Shown here: piece by piece, positions 1 to 13,409 of the stretch
Numbering within the stretch: the stretch's first letter is position 1
How the letters are laid out: every line of letters starts with the position of its first letter
Source: Vicugna vicugna
Lineage: Eukaryota
DNA length: 64,000 bases
Assembly (NCBI GenBank): GCA_013265495.1
Contig: MU063893.1
Span: 310,001 to 374,000, forward strand
Direction of reading: 5' to 3'
Notes under the pieces: model-generated
What the model saw: only the letters and a program-made list of their open reading frames with translations
The model's database searches: none
Told to the model about the DNA's origin: nothing
Made by a program: the position numbers and the translations under genes

Positions 1-449
1 AAATCATGCACAGCTCTGTGGCAAGTAGAAGTGTTCTCAGATATAATACACGTAGAAGTACTCTCAGATATGAAAATGTGCACTTGCCAAACACAGCCAT
101 GGTAATAGAACTGACATGACCTTCCAAATTGGTTTTCTACATGGAAACAGGTGCCCCTGTCAGCAGGGAATGAAGAAAGCTGGGAGAGAACCAGCTGCAT
201 CCACCAGGCCACTGAGGGTTTACATCCTGGATATATAGGTGTAGATAAGCACAAAGAGAATGATGCATAGGGTGGAAGGTGCCACAAATGGTATATGAGT
301 GACTAAGGAGGGCTGAGTAAGAAACAAGTCAACTAGAAGAGAAGGAATCACAGGAGGAAAAAGATCAAAACTTGACTTGTCATCAGTCATATGTATAGCA
401 TGAAAAATCTTCCTGGAGACTTTCTCGTCTCATCTCATCTAATAGTTAC

Positions 450-640
450 TAATATTAACTATTACAGTTTAGCAATCATTTATTGGACACTTAACTCTGC
501 ACTGACCAATTGCTAAGCATGTCCTATAGTTTGTCACATAATTTTCACAACTTGTTAAGGTAGGTATTACTACTCAGCTGTTGGTGAAGAAGAAGACAAA
601 GATTAGAAAGGTTAAATAACTGTCCAAGATTACACTTCTA
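450..640 (-). mobile_element. MIR SINE remnant
   Basis: atttattggacactta...gtaggtattact...aggttaaataactgtccaagattacac resembles the reverse complement of the MIR consensus. Confidence 0.7.
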
Positions 641-689
641 GATTATATTGTGTGGAATGAAAAATAGCTGTATGTTGAAGTGCAAAGAG

Positions 690-865
690 AACCAGACTGG
701 GAACTTGGAGGCAGAGATTCTTGTCCCAGATTTGCTCCTAACTAAATCAACATTATGCAAATCATTCAACTGTTAGAATCCGTTGCCTCAGCTAGCAAGT
801 GGGAATAGTAACCTATCTCAAGAGTTATTCTGTAAATCAAGTTATCCAATGCTTGTGAAAATATC
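690..865 (+). mobile_element. MIR/MIR3 SINE remnant
   Basis: Degenerate MIR core (gcctcagctagcaagtgggaatagtaacctatctcaagag). Confidence 0.55.
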
Positions 866-1004
866 CTGAAAATAAAAAGTAATGTATGAATGCAAACTAT
901 TTGTATCATATAATCAGAAGAACTTCGGAGACTTTGGTATTGAAAGCAATATCAAAATCCATGATGTAAATTGATAAAATTATACTAAATCATTTATATA
1001 TGAA

Positions 1005-1110
1005 TTTTCAAAGCATTTATGGAGTACCTACAAATCAGGCATTGTGCAGAGCAGTAGGAGACACAAGGATGTGTAAGACATAGCTCTTCCCTCAGAAGAT
1101 TTGCAATCTA
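1005..1110 (-). mobile_element. L2 LINE 3' end fragment
   Basis: catttatggagtacctac...ggcattgtgc...ccctcagaagatttgcaatcta resembles a reversed L2 tail. Confidence 0.6.
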
Positions 1111-2329
1111 AAAAACTTTTACTGGTGTAAGTTGCCATCTTTCAGAAGAAAAATATTATGTCCAGCATATGTTTATTTTTGTGATAATAAATTGTACTCC
1201 TGTTGTTGGATTTTTTGTGACTGAAAGCACAGTGGAGGAAATGGAGATTTGGGGGTTTGGAGTCTTTTGTTTTTATCCATTCTCAATATAGAATGTGTAT
1301 TTTAGTTTGGTACCTCTGTTTTCTGTGCTGTATTACGTTCAAAATTACTACAAGTAGAATAACACCACTTATTGGTAAATATATTTATAAATCACTTGAA
1401 TCTGCAGAGATATAGCAATTTTAAGATACTCACATAATGGTCTGTATCCAAATTAAAGCCAGAAAGGTATGAAAATACTTCTATAGGAAGCATTTTTTTT
1501 TCAAGAAAGGAAAGACCTCAGAGGCCAACTCTTGACTCTGCAGAGTCCCTCTGGTTCACTCTGTTAGCTTCTACGTTCTTAGTTACAGACACTGAGAATG
1601 GGACTGGTGGAATTATTATGGTTACTTTCCAAGGTGGACTGTATGCCTAGGGTAGCAAAAGATTCAATCACTGGATTCATTCTACTGAAATGTCTCCCCA
1701 GATAAAAACCTCCATTTTAGCCAAATTGTTTTAGTTTCTCTTCGTCAGTGATAAATTGGATCAAACCATCATTGCCTCAGCGGATTGAGGAAAGATTTGG
1801 CCAGTCTTTCGTCTAAGGCCAGCAAGTACCTGGAACGCCATGAAATTATCAACTATAAAAACAATTTAGGATGATTTTTTTTCAGATGCAGAGGTGGCTG
1901 AGGAAGAAAAAATTTAAAGAGACATTAAATCTAGAAAAAAGTGTATCCATTTTTCTTAAATTCTTCCATTTTCTTAGTGTCTAGGGATGAGGGTAGAATT
2001 AGAAGGATAGAAATAATATTATAAATAGTCAGAACATGAAGTTGAGGGAAAAACAATACAATAATTCAGGTATTTGAGTTTTTTCCTACTTTGATAATAA
2101 CAAAGCTCAGTATAGACATCCAGTAAAGTGATAATTACTTAAGTAACAACACAGTCTTCTCCATGGAAAATTTGTTATAGCTTTTTCATCATTGCTGGTT
2201 TGGCCATCTGCCCAGGAGGCATCTTCAGTTATGCCGTGTACCTCTTAACCTGATAAGGATTCTACCTGTGTGGGATTGCTGCTGAAAAACTCTGCTTCTG
2301 TAAATAAAACGACTTCCCCCAATAATATT

Positions 2330-3600
2330 ACTACTGTTTACAATTTACAGATTAAGAAACAGAGATTAAGGACCTTGAGGAGGCTGGAGTTAATGGAGCC
2401 TGGTGGTGGGGTTAAATGCAGCTAAGGGATTTCACCCTCCAGAGTCAGGAGAAAGGATTGGGTACATCTGAGAAGTCAGTAGGTGGCAAAGGTGGTTAGT
2501 TAGGGCTTTCTCTCTTGATAGCTGCAATTCCTGATAATGTAGGAGACAGAAGACAACTGTGAGAGCTGGGGAACCTTGAGTAGAGTGGTGAAGATTTGAA
2601 ACAGCTGTTGAGGGAGTTTGGCTGGAGAGATAGCTAAGGAGGACACTGGTGAAGCTGGGATCTTGTCTTAATCATGGTTCCAGTCCTCGGGCAATGGTTA
2701 ACTCTGCCACTGGAGCAACTGGAATTGCACAGTTCACAAGAAGGGTTCTAAGAACAGCAAGGAGCAAGTGATCCAGGTCCAACAATGAGCAAAATAAAGG
2801 ACTGTGGAGTATTGTCTAAATGGGATGGAAATGAGAAAATTTGGTCAGGGTTAAAATTACTAACTAGAAGGAAAGTAGAGGGCCTAATAGGAGGTCTTTC
2901 TATAGTTAAGAAGATAGTATATTGTTAGTAAGAAAAGTAGTGAGCAAGAAAACTATCTTATAGTCAGTAAAATATTTAATATTTCAAAGATGGAATACTG
3001 ATTTAGAACTGAGTCAGACTTGTGCTCTTGGGAATGGATCACTGAAATGGAGTGGAAGTGAGGGCAAGTGGAGTTGAAGATCTCAAAAAAAATAAGTTAG
3101 TCTAGGACATTCAGTGGGTTAACTATGTAGACATTTAAATCACCCAAGTGATTTGTGGGATCAGAAATGCAGAAAAATATGAGTCCAGAGCCAAAATTTC
3201 CTGAAAAGGTGATTGGGTGAACATGGGTCTGGCGAAGTGGCAGAGGAGGTAGGATTAAATGGCAAGAATGTCAAATTGTTTTTATTTGGTTAAGAGGAAA
3301 GGGTTTGAACAGTAGAAGAAAGTGAGAAGACGCTCCTACCACAAGCCCCATGGTGTGTAGAGAGTGAGGAAATGAGCAGTTTCCAGTGGGTAATCCAGGG
3401 AGGCGGCATCTTTGGAGATGGAAAGTAAAGGCATGTCAGTTCACAGTTGATCTACAAAGGTTTAGAGCAAGAAGGGAAGGGAGGGCAAGCCTGGAAGGCA
3501 ACTGAGGTGGAGTGAAAGAAGGCAGTAATCCGAGGGGGAGGATCTGGGACAGTGATGAAGGACATCAAGTGACAGGACAGTGTTGGTCAACTGAAACAAT
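2330..3600 (-). mobile_element. L2 LINE ORF2 remnant
   Basis: Minus-strand translation near 2574-2607 gives QLFQIFTTLLK, similar to the L2 ORF2 segment LFQTFSSLLK. Purine-rich + strand is typical of antisense L2. Confidence 0.55.
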
Positions 3601-3744
3601 GATTTCAAGATGTGTCTGTGCGTAGTCACACAGAGACAAATGTGTGGCGTCCCCAGCAAGGCAGCATTTGTTGTCTGTATCTCGTTGCAAAAAAACCTGT
3701 GTTACAGCAGGTAGAGAAGCCAGGTAATATTTATCCCACTATAG

Positions 3745-3920
3745 ATAAATTATCTCATTTAATCTTCATAAAAACTCGAGACTGTAGGCATAATTATCAT
3801 CATTTTTTAAGAGATGAAGACATAGAAACTCAGAGAAGTAGAATACTTCTTCCATGGTTATTAACACCAGTGAGTGCTTAGTTCAGAAATCCAAACCCAG
3901 GATTGTCTGAACTTTGGTTC
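3745..3920 (-). mobile_element. MIR SINE remnant
   Basis: attatctcatttaatcttcataaaaac...gagatgaagacatagaaactcagagaag...aaatccaaacccagg. Confidence 0.75.
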
Positions 3921-4399
3921 TCTTGTACCAGTTTAGAAGAATTGACATCCAGCTGTGGATCCATACTTTCCCTAGTAAGTAAATTAATTTCTAAGTCTGA
4001 TTCTTTACCTCAAAAATATAACAATACTGTCAATTTTGTCTAACACTTTTTAAACTTTTTAAATCAAGTGAGATGTCTATAAAAAAAGTCTGAAATAAAC
4101 ATACAAAACTATGCACACATTTATCAGTTCCTTCATTCTTCCTTCCTTCCACTCTTTCCTGTACCCTTAAATCCAGGTAAATAAACTACCTATTTATTCA
4201 CTGACTTTAAATGTAATCTTGTTTCTACAGTATAAACCTTTACTATGAGGAATGACTAGATGCAGAAAGTAGAAATATTTAACTTTGTTGGCTGAGTGAG
4301 TCTGTAGATGTGGGTCTTGGTGTATTTGTGGGAGAGGGTGACTTACGAGCGTCCTTCTACTCCGCCATCTTCTCCATCTCCCCTTAACTTTGTGAGATA

Positions 4400-4690
4400 A
4401 GACCAAATTGTTTTCCAGAGGGGAAAATTTCCCCAGCAATGCAGAAGGGATTATGCTCACTCCCATTCTTTTCATCACGTGGTGTTGTCCTATTTCTTTG
4501 ACGTTGCCCGTAATTCTGGGAGTAAAATGGTATCTTATGGTGGTCTGGTCTTGTGTTTCTCTGATTACTAATGAGGCTGAGCAGCTAGCTCTTTATTCAT
4601 TTATTGGTCATGATGATTTCCTGTTCTGTGAAATGTCTGTTGATAACTTTTGCTCATTTTTCTAATGGGGTGATTGCCCTTTTCTACTGT
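4400..4690 (-). mobile_element. Old L1 (L1M-type) fragment
   Basis: aaatggtatcttatggtggt...tctctgattactaatgaggctgagc...ttctgtgaaatgtctgtt...tttgctcatttttct is a typical antisense L1 segment. Confidence 0.75.
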
Positions 4691-6699
4691 GACCCTCCCA
4701 TGTTAGAAATGTTGAGTTTGCATCAAGAAGAGGAAGAGAGGGGTACAAACCCACACACTGGTAGACAAGCCTGAGCTAGGACTGAATGATTCCAGTACTT
4801 TTACACTATGTCATGGCCTCCTTTCCACTGAGATTCCTCATCCTCAAAGAGAAGGGGCACCTGGGTGAGGCCATTTGCATGGGGCTGTGTGGGACATCCA
4901 GCTAGGATGGTTCTTGTTCCTTCAGCTTTGTTTTTCCAACAGAAATGTAACAATATGAGCCAGGCACATCAATTACAAGGGAACCCTGTCAATTTTGATG
5001 ATACATGGAATTTGTTGTAAAGCAACCACTAGCACAGAACTCCCAGTCTGGAGAAAGATGGGGGTCAATGTGGATATGATCTGAAACCTTGTGTAAGATA
5101 TATGACAGGCATTAGAGGAATGACAGTTGGAGCAGAAAATAATAAAATGTGACTTGCTAGAGAGGCTGGCTGGCTGATCATATTTAGGTTTTATTACTGC
5201 AGCTTCCTTCCCCTTTGTTTCTTGGTATTTATAATGCACTTGATAATTCGTTATTCTTCCCCCTCTGCATATGAGAAAAGAAGGAGTAGGGGATTGGCAT
5301 ATAAGAAGACAGGGGGAAGTGATATTCTGTCATTTCCTAATTATTTCCCTCAAATGATAAATTGGGATATGGAAGAGAAGAATACAGCACAAAGGAAACA
5401 CCTTAGTGAATTCACTCATTTATCGATTCATTCATTCTCTCCCGTCTTCCCACCCCCATCATTTATCATTTTAAGTCCTGAATCACTTCCCTTGAACAAT
5501 ATGCTGAGTTGAACTGGAGGGAAATCGTATTTTCCTTTTGAATAGCAGGCATCCTATGGTCTCTATGCATTCTTAGCTCTTCTGCTCTCAGTATCCCAGG
5601 TTCTGCCACTTCATCTTTCTTGCTTGCTCTTTGCTTTCTCTTCCTTCTTCAGAAGCTCTCAGATTAAGGAGAAAATATGAAGCTGTTTGTATGCAACTCA
5701 GATTGCTCCCCTCCTCAGATGCACAGAATCTGGCTTCCTAACCCCTTAAAACACTGAACTGAAACCATAGATCTTCAGGGTGGGTGGGAGCAGAACGTGA
5801 GTCACTGGCTGGTTCTGTGAGATGAACCCTATAGCCAGTGGGCTGATTGTCATGACAAGGGCATAAGTAGATGGGAGGGCCTGTGGGGACGTGGAAAGAG
5901 AAAAGGCCTTTGAAGACACCCAACATCTCTTTCCAATATTTGGTATAGGACAAATAGTTGTTTGTTTCTAATATGACAATATAAAATATAGTATTTGTAA
6001 CTACACTACATTCTATCATTACATATTGCAAAGTATTCTTTTAGAAGCAATATTTTAAATGAATTTCCCTCTTACCTCCCTTGTTTTTTCTCCTCCTTAC
6101 TTCTTTATACTATTATTCCCATATTCACTTTATTGATTTAGAGACTTAATTAAGCTGTTATTGAAGATCTTATCATCCAAACTTGCCATTTTACAGAAGA
6201 GGAACTGAGGGCCAGGGACACTGTTCGGCCTGCTTAAATTCTTAAATCCTTAAACTCTGGCCATCTGATTTCTAGACTGGTATCCTCTACTCATTATGAC
6301 CAGAGTTTTTACTCTAGGAAACTCCCTCTTAGACATCCTCTGACAGCCTTGTAAACTGGCTTCTTTTTTCTTTTCTTTCTCTCTCTCTCTTTTTTTTTTT
6401 TTTTGAATATTCAGAGACAAAATATCTAGGTGCCCACTTTCCCCTAGGTTAGTTGTCAATATCAGTACCTTTGACTTGATGGTATTGACCAATGGACCTT
6501 GCAGATGCCTCATAGGGTCACTTACCAAAATGAATTCAGTATAGAGATAGCTTTTCTGGTGCACTTGTTTTCTGGGATTCTCCAAGATCACAAATTATCT
6601 TGGCTATATGAATGGTTTAATATATTTTACCTATCTTTAGGAACCCATATTTAGTAAAACCTCACATAAAGTGGGACATTTAATGATAATGTATGATAA

Positions 6700-6990
6700 T
6701 TCATTCAAAAAACATTCATTGAATACCTGGTATGTGTATTCGCCCAATAGGTAGTGAAAATACAGAGGACAGATATGATTCTTGCCCTCAGAGAGCTCAC
6801 AGGCAGTGGCAGAAACAGACATGTGAACCAAGATTTTTAATTCTGTGCTAGAGCAGCCATTGTATGCCCTGAAAAATGAGCCCACTTTTCCAGGCAGAGC
6901 AAGCCAAGAGAAGGCACAGCAGCACCAGGAAGGTGGTGCCTATGAGCTCAGGGCTGAACCCTGCCTGCCCTCCCCGTAGGTCTATCCTCA
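6700..6990 (-). mobile_element. L2 LINE 3' end
   Basis: ttcattcaaaaaacattcattgaatacc...cttgccctcagagagctcacag...aggaaggtggtgcctatgagctcagg. Confidence 0.75.
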
Positions 6991-7814
6991 CTGAGGCCTG
7001 TAGTGGAGGCAGGAAGACTTGTCTAAGCAGCAGGATGGTGCCTCAGACAGACACGTTCTGCTGCTTTCCTATCCAGCATCCCTCCATCCTCTCACCACGA
7101 TGATGAGAGGGGAGCTTGGGCCAAAGCTGAACTAGTCAACTGCATAAAAAGAAATGAATCTCGGTGAAGAGATGGCCTTTTTAACATGAGGAGAGCCTCC
7201 AGAGCTTAGCTACTGACACCAGTCAAAACTTTGTGTTCCTCCTTTGTAGTAACACAGACTGAGTGGCACCTTGATAAGATACCAAATGGAGAAGGAAATT
7301 ATCCAAGGTCAACCAGTTTGTGTCTCCTGTTATTTACTTTATTACACACACATATATTTTCCTCTACAGTGTCATTGTTCAAAGTTGCTGACCTGTTTGC
7401 AACCTGTTTGCAAACAAACCAGGTACATATGTTTAGTTTTGTGTGAAATCTTAGATTTTTCACCATACTTTCTTTTGCTTGCTGTTCATCTTACTTCTAG
7501 AATCAAAAGAATGTAAATCATTCCTCAATTCTGCCAGCCTCTTTCTCCATATTACCAGTCTTTCCACAAGGTCCCATGAACTTGCATCTTCTTGTCTACG
7601 TTTATTACTTCAGCTTATTTGATTTCTTTTGGCTAACTGTCTTGTGTTTTTCTCTCCATATTCAGTGGGTTCCCTATCTGTGTCCCTTTTTTGATTATTT
7701 ATCCCCTGGGAACAATAAATTCATGGAGCTACAAACAACATAGAAGACCATATGAAAACCATGAAAGACCTTTTAAAAGGTAGTTGTGCTTGGATATATT
7801 TCACTATCCACTCT

Positions 7815-8160
7815 TTCATCATGCTTAGTGTCCCAGGAAGCTGACCCAATGGACTCCATCCATGGGTTCTCTTGCCCTTTACCTGCCAGTTGGGTTCAAC
7901 CAGTGGGAGGCACCAGAAGATCATAAAGCAAGAGGATAGTTAGATGAGGGTAATTACTTACTACCTTATCTCTTCTTCTGCCAGGTCACCATAGATTACT
8001 CTGTCCCTCTGCTGAAGACTGAAGTACTTGTCAGGCAGCTCTCACCAGAATTACACCCTGGTTTCAGAAATCTCTTTCTTCTCTTTCGCTTTCAGGCTTA
8101 AGGATATTAATGACCCCTGATGGTTGGTACTGCTGGTACTAAACTTTCTTTTCGCAGCTT
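7815..8160. mobile_element. Ancient ERVL-like solo LTR remnant; subfamily not assigned
   Basis: cccaggaagctgacc...gggttcaaccagtgggaggcaccag...ctgccaggtcacc...tttcaggctta resembles a recalled eutherian ERVL-class LTR consensus. Confidence 0.55.
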
Positions 8161-10454
8161 CCTTTAGGATCTGTGTTGTAGGTGGTAGGATATATGAACC
8201 TGAGGCTCAGAATAGAAGTTGTAGGACAAAAGTATAGATTGCTAGTTGAAGTTGGAGATGGTGTGCAGAATAAGAAAAGAAAGTGGCTGAGGAGAGAAGC
8301 TCATTGGAAACCCCAAGGGAGTTCTCTCCTGGTGTTCTTGACATATTGCCCTCTTCCCTTCTCCTTATCCATGAGTATTTCCTCCGTTCAAGAATATATA
8401 ATGGCTAAATTATAGCCATGGAAAGAAATAGAATGACCCCTTAATGGACAGAACATAAGCAAAAATATTTTTTTAATTCTGACTCATAACAATAAGCCAT
8501 TGCATATTTGAATCTGGATAATAAGCTTCATTATAAAATTTTTGACATGTGCCATGTGTTATGGAAAGAAATGCTTAGACTCCGTTTTCACCGATAGCAT
8601 TTCTCAGTGGCTGCTTCAATTGTTTTCTCCTCTTCACGGCACATTAATTTAAATGGAACAGGTCTTGATCCCTGTGATGATTTTCATTTAGTTGGATGTT
8701 AATTATTTTCACAGGTAGAACTGCAGAATAAACCATTTTCACAGTTTCCCTTATTGCTCCAGTAGTCTCAGCTTCCATTTAGTCATAAAAGAGTTTTAAG
8801 CATTTGTGTTTTCTTTAATACTGGGCAACACATTTTTGAGAAAAGCATTCACATTTCCTCTCAATTTCTCATGACCAAATTCTAAAATGTGTCCTGACAG
8901 CCTCCAGCACCAGCCAAGATATTTTATATTCTATTTACATCAATGCAATAATTAATTCAGTTCTTATAAATTATGTTGCAGATCCAAATAATAATGATGT
9001 GAGTGAAAATGGCACTTGTCATAACTATTCCTTATATGTTTCAACTTGGTACGTGTTTTCTTCCTTGGATTATCCCTGCCTTCAGCCTCTCCTGCTTGAC
9101 TCCTTATTATTTCCCCAATGGCAGAGTCTCAAATTCAGTATCAGAATAAAATGGGATACATCCTACTATGTGCATTAGCAGCATATTATTCATCAAATGC
9201 CAACTATGACCTTTATATCCACAGCCATGATAGGACATGGCTTAGTTCACCATTTCATCCCCACAAAGAGTGTCTTGGTCTTTTTCTTTTCATGTTCTTA
9301 AAGAGACACATTTGATCCTGTCAGTCTGTGGGAGTCCTAGAAAGTAAGGTCATTGGTTTGAGCAGTTGGTTTTGTACAATTTTGGATTAACTACTCTCAC
9401 ACACTGAAGTGTGGGGAATTGCCCTTTGTTGCTAGTTCTTTTTTAAAACACTATCATAAAACTAAGTTGATAACAATTAGTAAGGACTGTTCTCTTGATG
9501 CTTGAATCAACTTGGCACATTCCACATATGTTATCTATGCAAAGTGTTATAAATCACCATATGAACACTAACTACACTGTTGTCGGCATATATAATGAGT
9601 TTTTATTTTAATTTCTTTGTTATATATTTTACTTTACTTGAGTGAATGGTGATAATACATCCACTGATATTTATTGAGTGTCTTTTCACAACCTTGCACC
9701 ATTCTTGGTGTTAGAAATAACTCAGAAGGAAAAATGTTAAGATTTTCAGTCTACCCTGGGTAGACTTTTGGTGGGAAAAGGAGAGATACTATAATTGTCA
9801 TCATAGAGAGTAGAATTTAAAAAGAATTTTGAACAAGGAGGGTGATCTTCTGAAAGGATGGAATCTATTTCAGGATTCTGGAATGGCATAGAATATAGCA
9901 TATGGCCTTTACGAGAGAGAAAAAGAGAAAGGATTCTTAGTCGGTTGCTTTTTTGTTTTAATTCTCCCTTGGTTTTTATGCATTCTTTTTTATATACTAC
10001 TTCTTTTCTGTTTGAACTATTTTCCAGATGATCCTTAATATAAATGTACTGTTTAAGGGGAAATGCCAACTCTTAGTCATCTAGAAAAGCTGCTTCACTC
10101 TGACCTAAGATTAATGGGTATAGATAGTAACAGGAAGCCCAGACTGGAAAAAGATCTGGCTTCAAACTTCTCCATGATGGAACACTAATATATATAAAAG
10201 AGATTGAAGTGGGACTTATTGGTTGTAAAAGGAGACAGGAAACCTCTACCCACATTCCCGCTCCCCTTCTGTCCAGAAGATTTGAAAATTACTAGTATAC
10301 TTCTTCTCTGTTGTGAGAGCATCCTCGTATTGTCCTTTTTTATTAAATTAATGGGGACTACTGACACAGGAGCCTCAGCTCCAGTCCCTTTGCCTGTGGC
10401 TATACCGTCAGTTGCCAAGAGAGTTGCTTAATGTAAACTGAAATGTCAAATCAA

Positions 10455-11000
10455 TGTAGACAGGGAACAGAGAGAGGCAGTGGGACCATAAGAAGTTTGG
10501 GGGTATTTTTTGCTTCTGCATTTATTGTTGTTGTATGCCTTGTCCCACAAGATGTGTGCAAACAGTAGATCAGTGACCCCTCTTTCCACTGACCCCTCAG
10601 CGAACACTGGCCATACAGTGCTTGGAGGCTACATTTGAGGTGGTGTGAGGTTAGCCCTGGGACCCACTGCTCAAGAAATCTGGGGAGACTCTTCTTCCTT
10701 CGAGTCTCCTCAAGTATGCCTAATGGAAAAAGTAGGTATTTTGGAGGTATTTTGGCCTGGGTTGACAACCATCTTGGCTAGCCCTCTAGACCAAGTGCCA
10801 GAACTCCACTTCAATTTGTGCCGGGTAGGCAACACAGTAAGTCAGGAGGTCACCCAGGGCAGGAAGCCAGGGTTTTGAACGGCCATTTCTGTGCCTGTCC
10901 AGCACCTCTTTTGGAGGCAGCCCACTCCTATCAACATAAAAGCTGTCACTGTGGTTTTTTTCCTCTAAAATATCTCTGTTAAGGAACGAGCCAGGTAGTT
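10455..11000 (-). mobile_element. Probable ancient solo LTR (ERVL or Gypsy-like)
   Basis: Minus strand shows AATAAA about 55 nt before a ...ccctgtctACA terminus. Higher GC than the flanks. Confidence 0.4.
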
Positions 11001-12679
11001 TCATTATTGGCAAAGTATTCAGTGTTCTGATTTCAAGGTTGTTGACTTACTATTGAGTCTACTGAGTAGATGATACTGCAAGTGAACCAGAATCATCCTC
11101 TAATGGTGTCTCTAAACAAGCTGACAAGTACATAAGTCAGAGAAAGAAGATGAGTATAATTATTTGCTGTGCAACTACATCAGTTACATCCTTAATATTA
11201 TAAAAATACTGGATTTTTTTTTTTGGACTACTGCCTAGTGACACCTGAGAAGTGAATCAGGATCGCTGACAAATAACAAAATACATGGGAACATGTATCA
11301 GATATATAGATATAAAAATATCTGAGAAAACCACAAGACATACACCAGGACTGTGTGCTCAATATTCTATTAAACTTCTAGTGTCTAGTCACCTCTCAGT
11401 CAGTTGAAAAGTTGGTTTTTTTTTGTTTTACTGAATATAAGACGTGTTTTATAGAATTCTAAAGTCAATTTTAAAATGTTATGACCTCTTAGTGACTTTG
11501 ATTACTTCATAAGAAATTTTCATTTCTAGACTAAAATAAAATAAGCTTAATGAAGCCACATCTCTCATTAGCCATAAAATTTTATCAATTCAGGAAAAAT
11601 GTTTATCAGTTCACTAAGAAAATCAAATTAATGTTTGATACTTTATGGACCAAGCTAGAAGTTTAATGACTGAATATTTGCCACTAGATCACAGAATTTG
11701 GAAAAACAATAATCACTCCCTGTGACTGCTTGATATTATGCAGTCTGTTCAATTTGGGGACACATTTTGAAGCTGGTTACACTGGTATTTTAAATAATTC
11801 TTCTAAATTTCTTATGAGAATTTGGCAGATTATTAGTTAAGAGCACATTTGCATGCTGATGGGAATAGCCAGGTGAGAAGGGGAGGGGAAGATTAGTGGA
11901 GAGACATCTTGGAGTAGATGAGAGAAGGTGAAATCCAGGGAACAAGGTAGATGTCCCCAGCTGGGATGCAGAGACGTCACCCTTGGTAGCAGCAGCTTGG
12001 GCAGAGTTCTTGGCCATGGTGCTCGTGGTTCTGTCAGTGGCAGAATGGGGGCAAGTGGACATTTTCTTTCACTTAAAACATTTCATGTTTTTTCACTGTA
12101 AGAAGAAGAACAAGGTCATCCGCTGGAATTGAGAAGAGTAAGGAAGTGCTGGGGTTTGGGAGAGACACAGATACATGCAATAGTCCTATAACGAACGCTG
12201 GAAGGAAATGGGCCACCAGCTCTGTCTTTAAGACTTCTTCAGTTGACAGTAAATTATTATTACAGAGTTTTAAGAATTTGACTGCATGCTTCTCAGTACA
12301 GTCTGAGGCCCACCAGTCATTCCCTTGCCTTTGAAAGATGTCTGGAAAAGGAGGCTGAGATACTGTTTTTTATGTTCGAGCCCCTGAGATCCTGAACCTC
12401 TTCTGATGGCAGGTAAACTGCGGTGACCCAAGTGGTCCTCCTTGCTTGTTTACCCTTCACCTCTCTTCTCCACGTGTGACTGGCCAGCTCTTCCTCTGTG
12501 GTTCTTACCTCTTCCTTCTCTTCATATTCTCTTCCTTCTATCTTCCTCTTACCATCCTTTCCCAGACTCCTTTCCCTGCCTCTTACCTCTAACAGTGTTC
12601 TCTGTACACATCCTTCAGCTTAAAAAAGAAATGGAGAATTTATCCACCAATAAATTTGTACAACTTATAAATGAATAAA

Positions 12680-13409
12680 TGTGCTGAACTAATTTTTATA
12701 TTAAAATAAATCCCGAAGTATGCATTTTAAAGGGGGCTGTGCCCTTTTGCCCAGGATAAATGATTTGGGTGAGGGAGTAACAAGAAATTTGTTTACTGAG
12801 GTAAGAATGCCTGAGAGAAGCGGGTCCTGACATCAGGTTCCAGGATTGCCAATCCAGCAGGCCCGTTCTGAGCTCCGTCAAAGGGAGAGGCAGACATCGG
12901 TGAGAGAGCCGTTAGGAGAGCTTCACAGTGTCCCCAGAATGTGGAAGATGTGCTTAAACACAGAGACAGAAACCAGCACCCCCATTTTTCCATTCTGGAG
13001 ATTTCTGAAGTGGGAGATAAGGGACTAGAGCTTGCGTTGGGGATAAAATTAAGGGTGGGGGACTACTCTACCCCAGTCTCTCACAGCCTCATGTAGTACA
13101 GATAGTATCCCAGGGGTTCCTGAGGCTCCAGGGGAAGCAGAACAGATCGCAGAGGGAGAAGGACAGGAGCTCAGCGGCTGTCCTGGAGCCAGGCCACCAA
13201 GCTGAGACGGGGTGGAAGGAGGGAGCTCTTGCTAGTGGCCCAAGACAGACAAAACTACTTCTCTGTAACTGGCTGTTAGGAGATACAGAGGGCTAGAATA
13301 AAGCTCACTCGCCTGGAAAACCACCCATGTCATCCTCATAGAGACTGCCACTCTGACAGACGTTGCCACAAGCCCAGGGAACAAGCCTGCAACTAGGACC
13401 ACCCTTACA
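12680..13409 (+). mobile_element. Probable ancient solo LTR (ERVL or Gypsy-like)
   Basis: Starts TG (12680), has AATAAA near 13298, ends ...cccttACA (13409). GC- and CpG-richer than the flanks. No target-site duplication visible. Confidence 0.4.
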
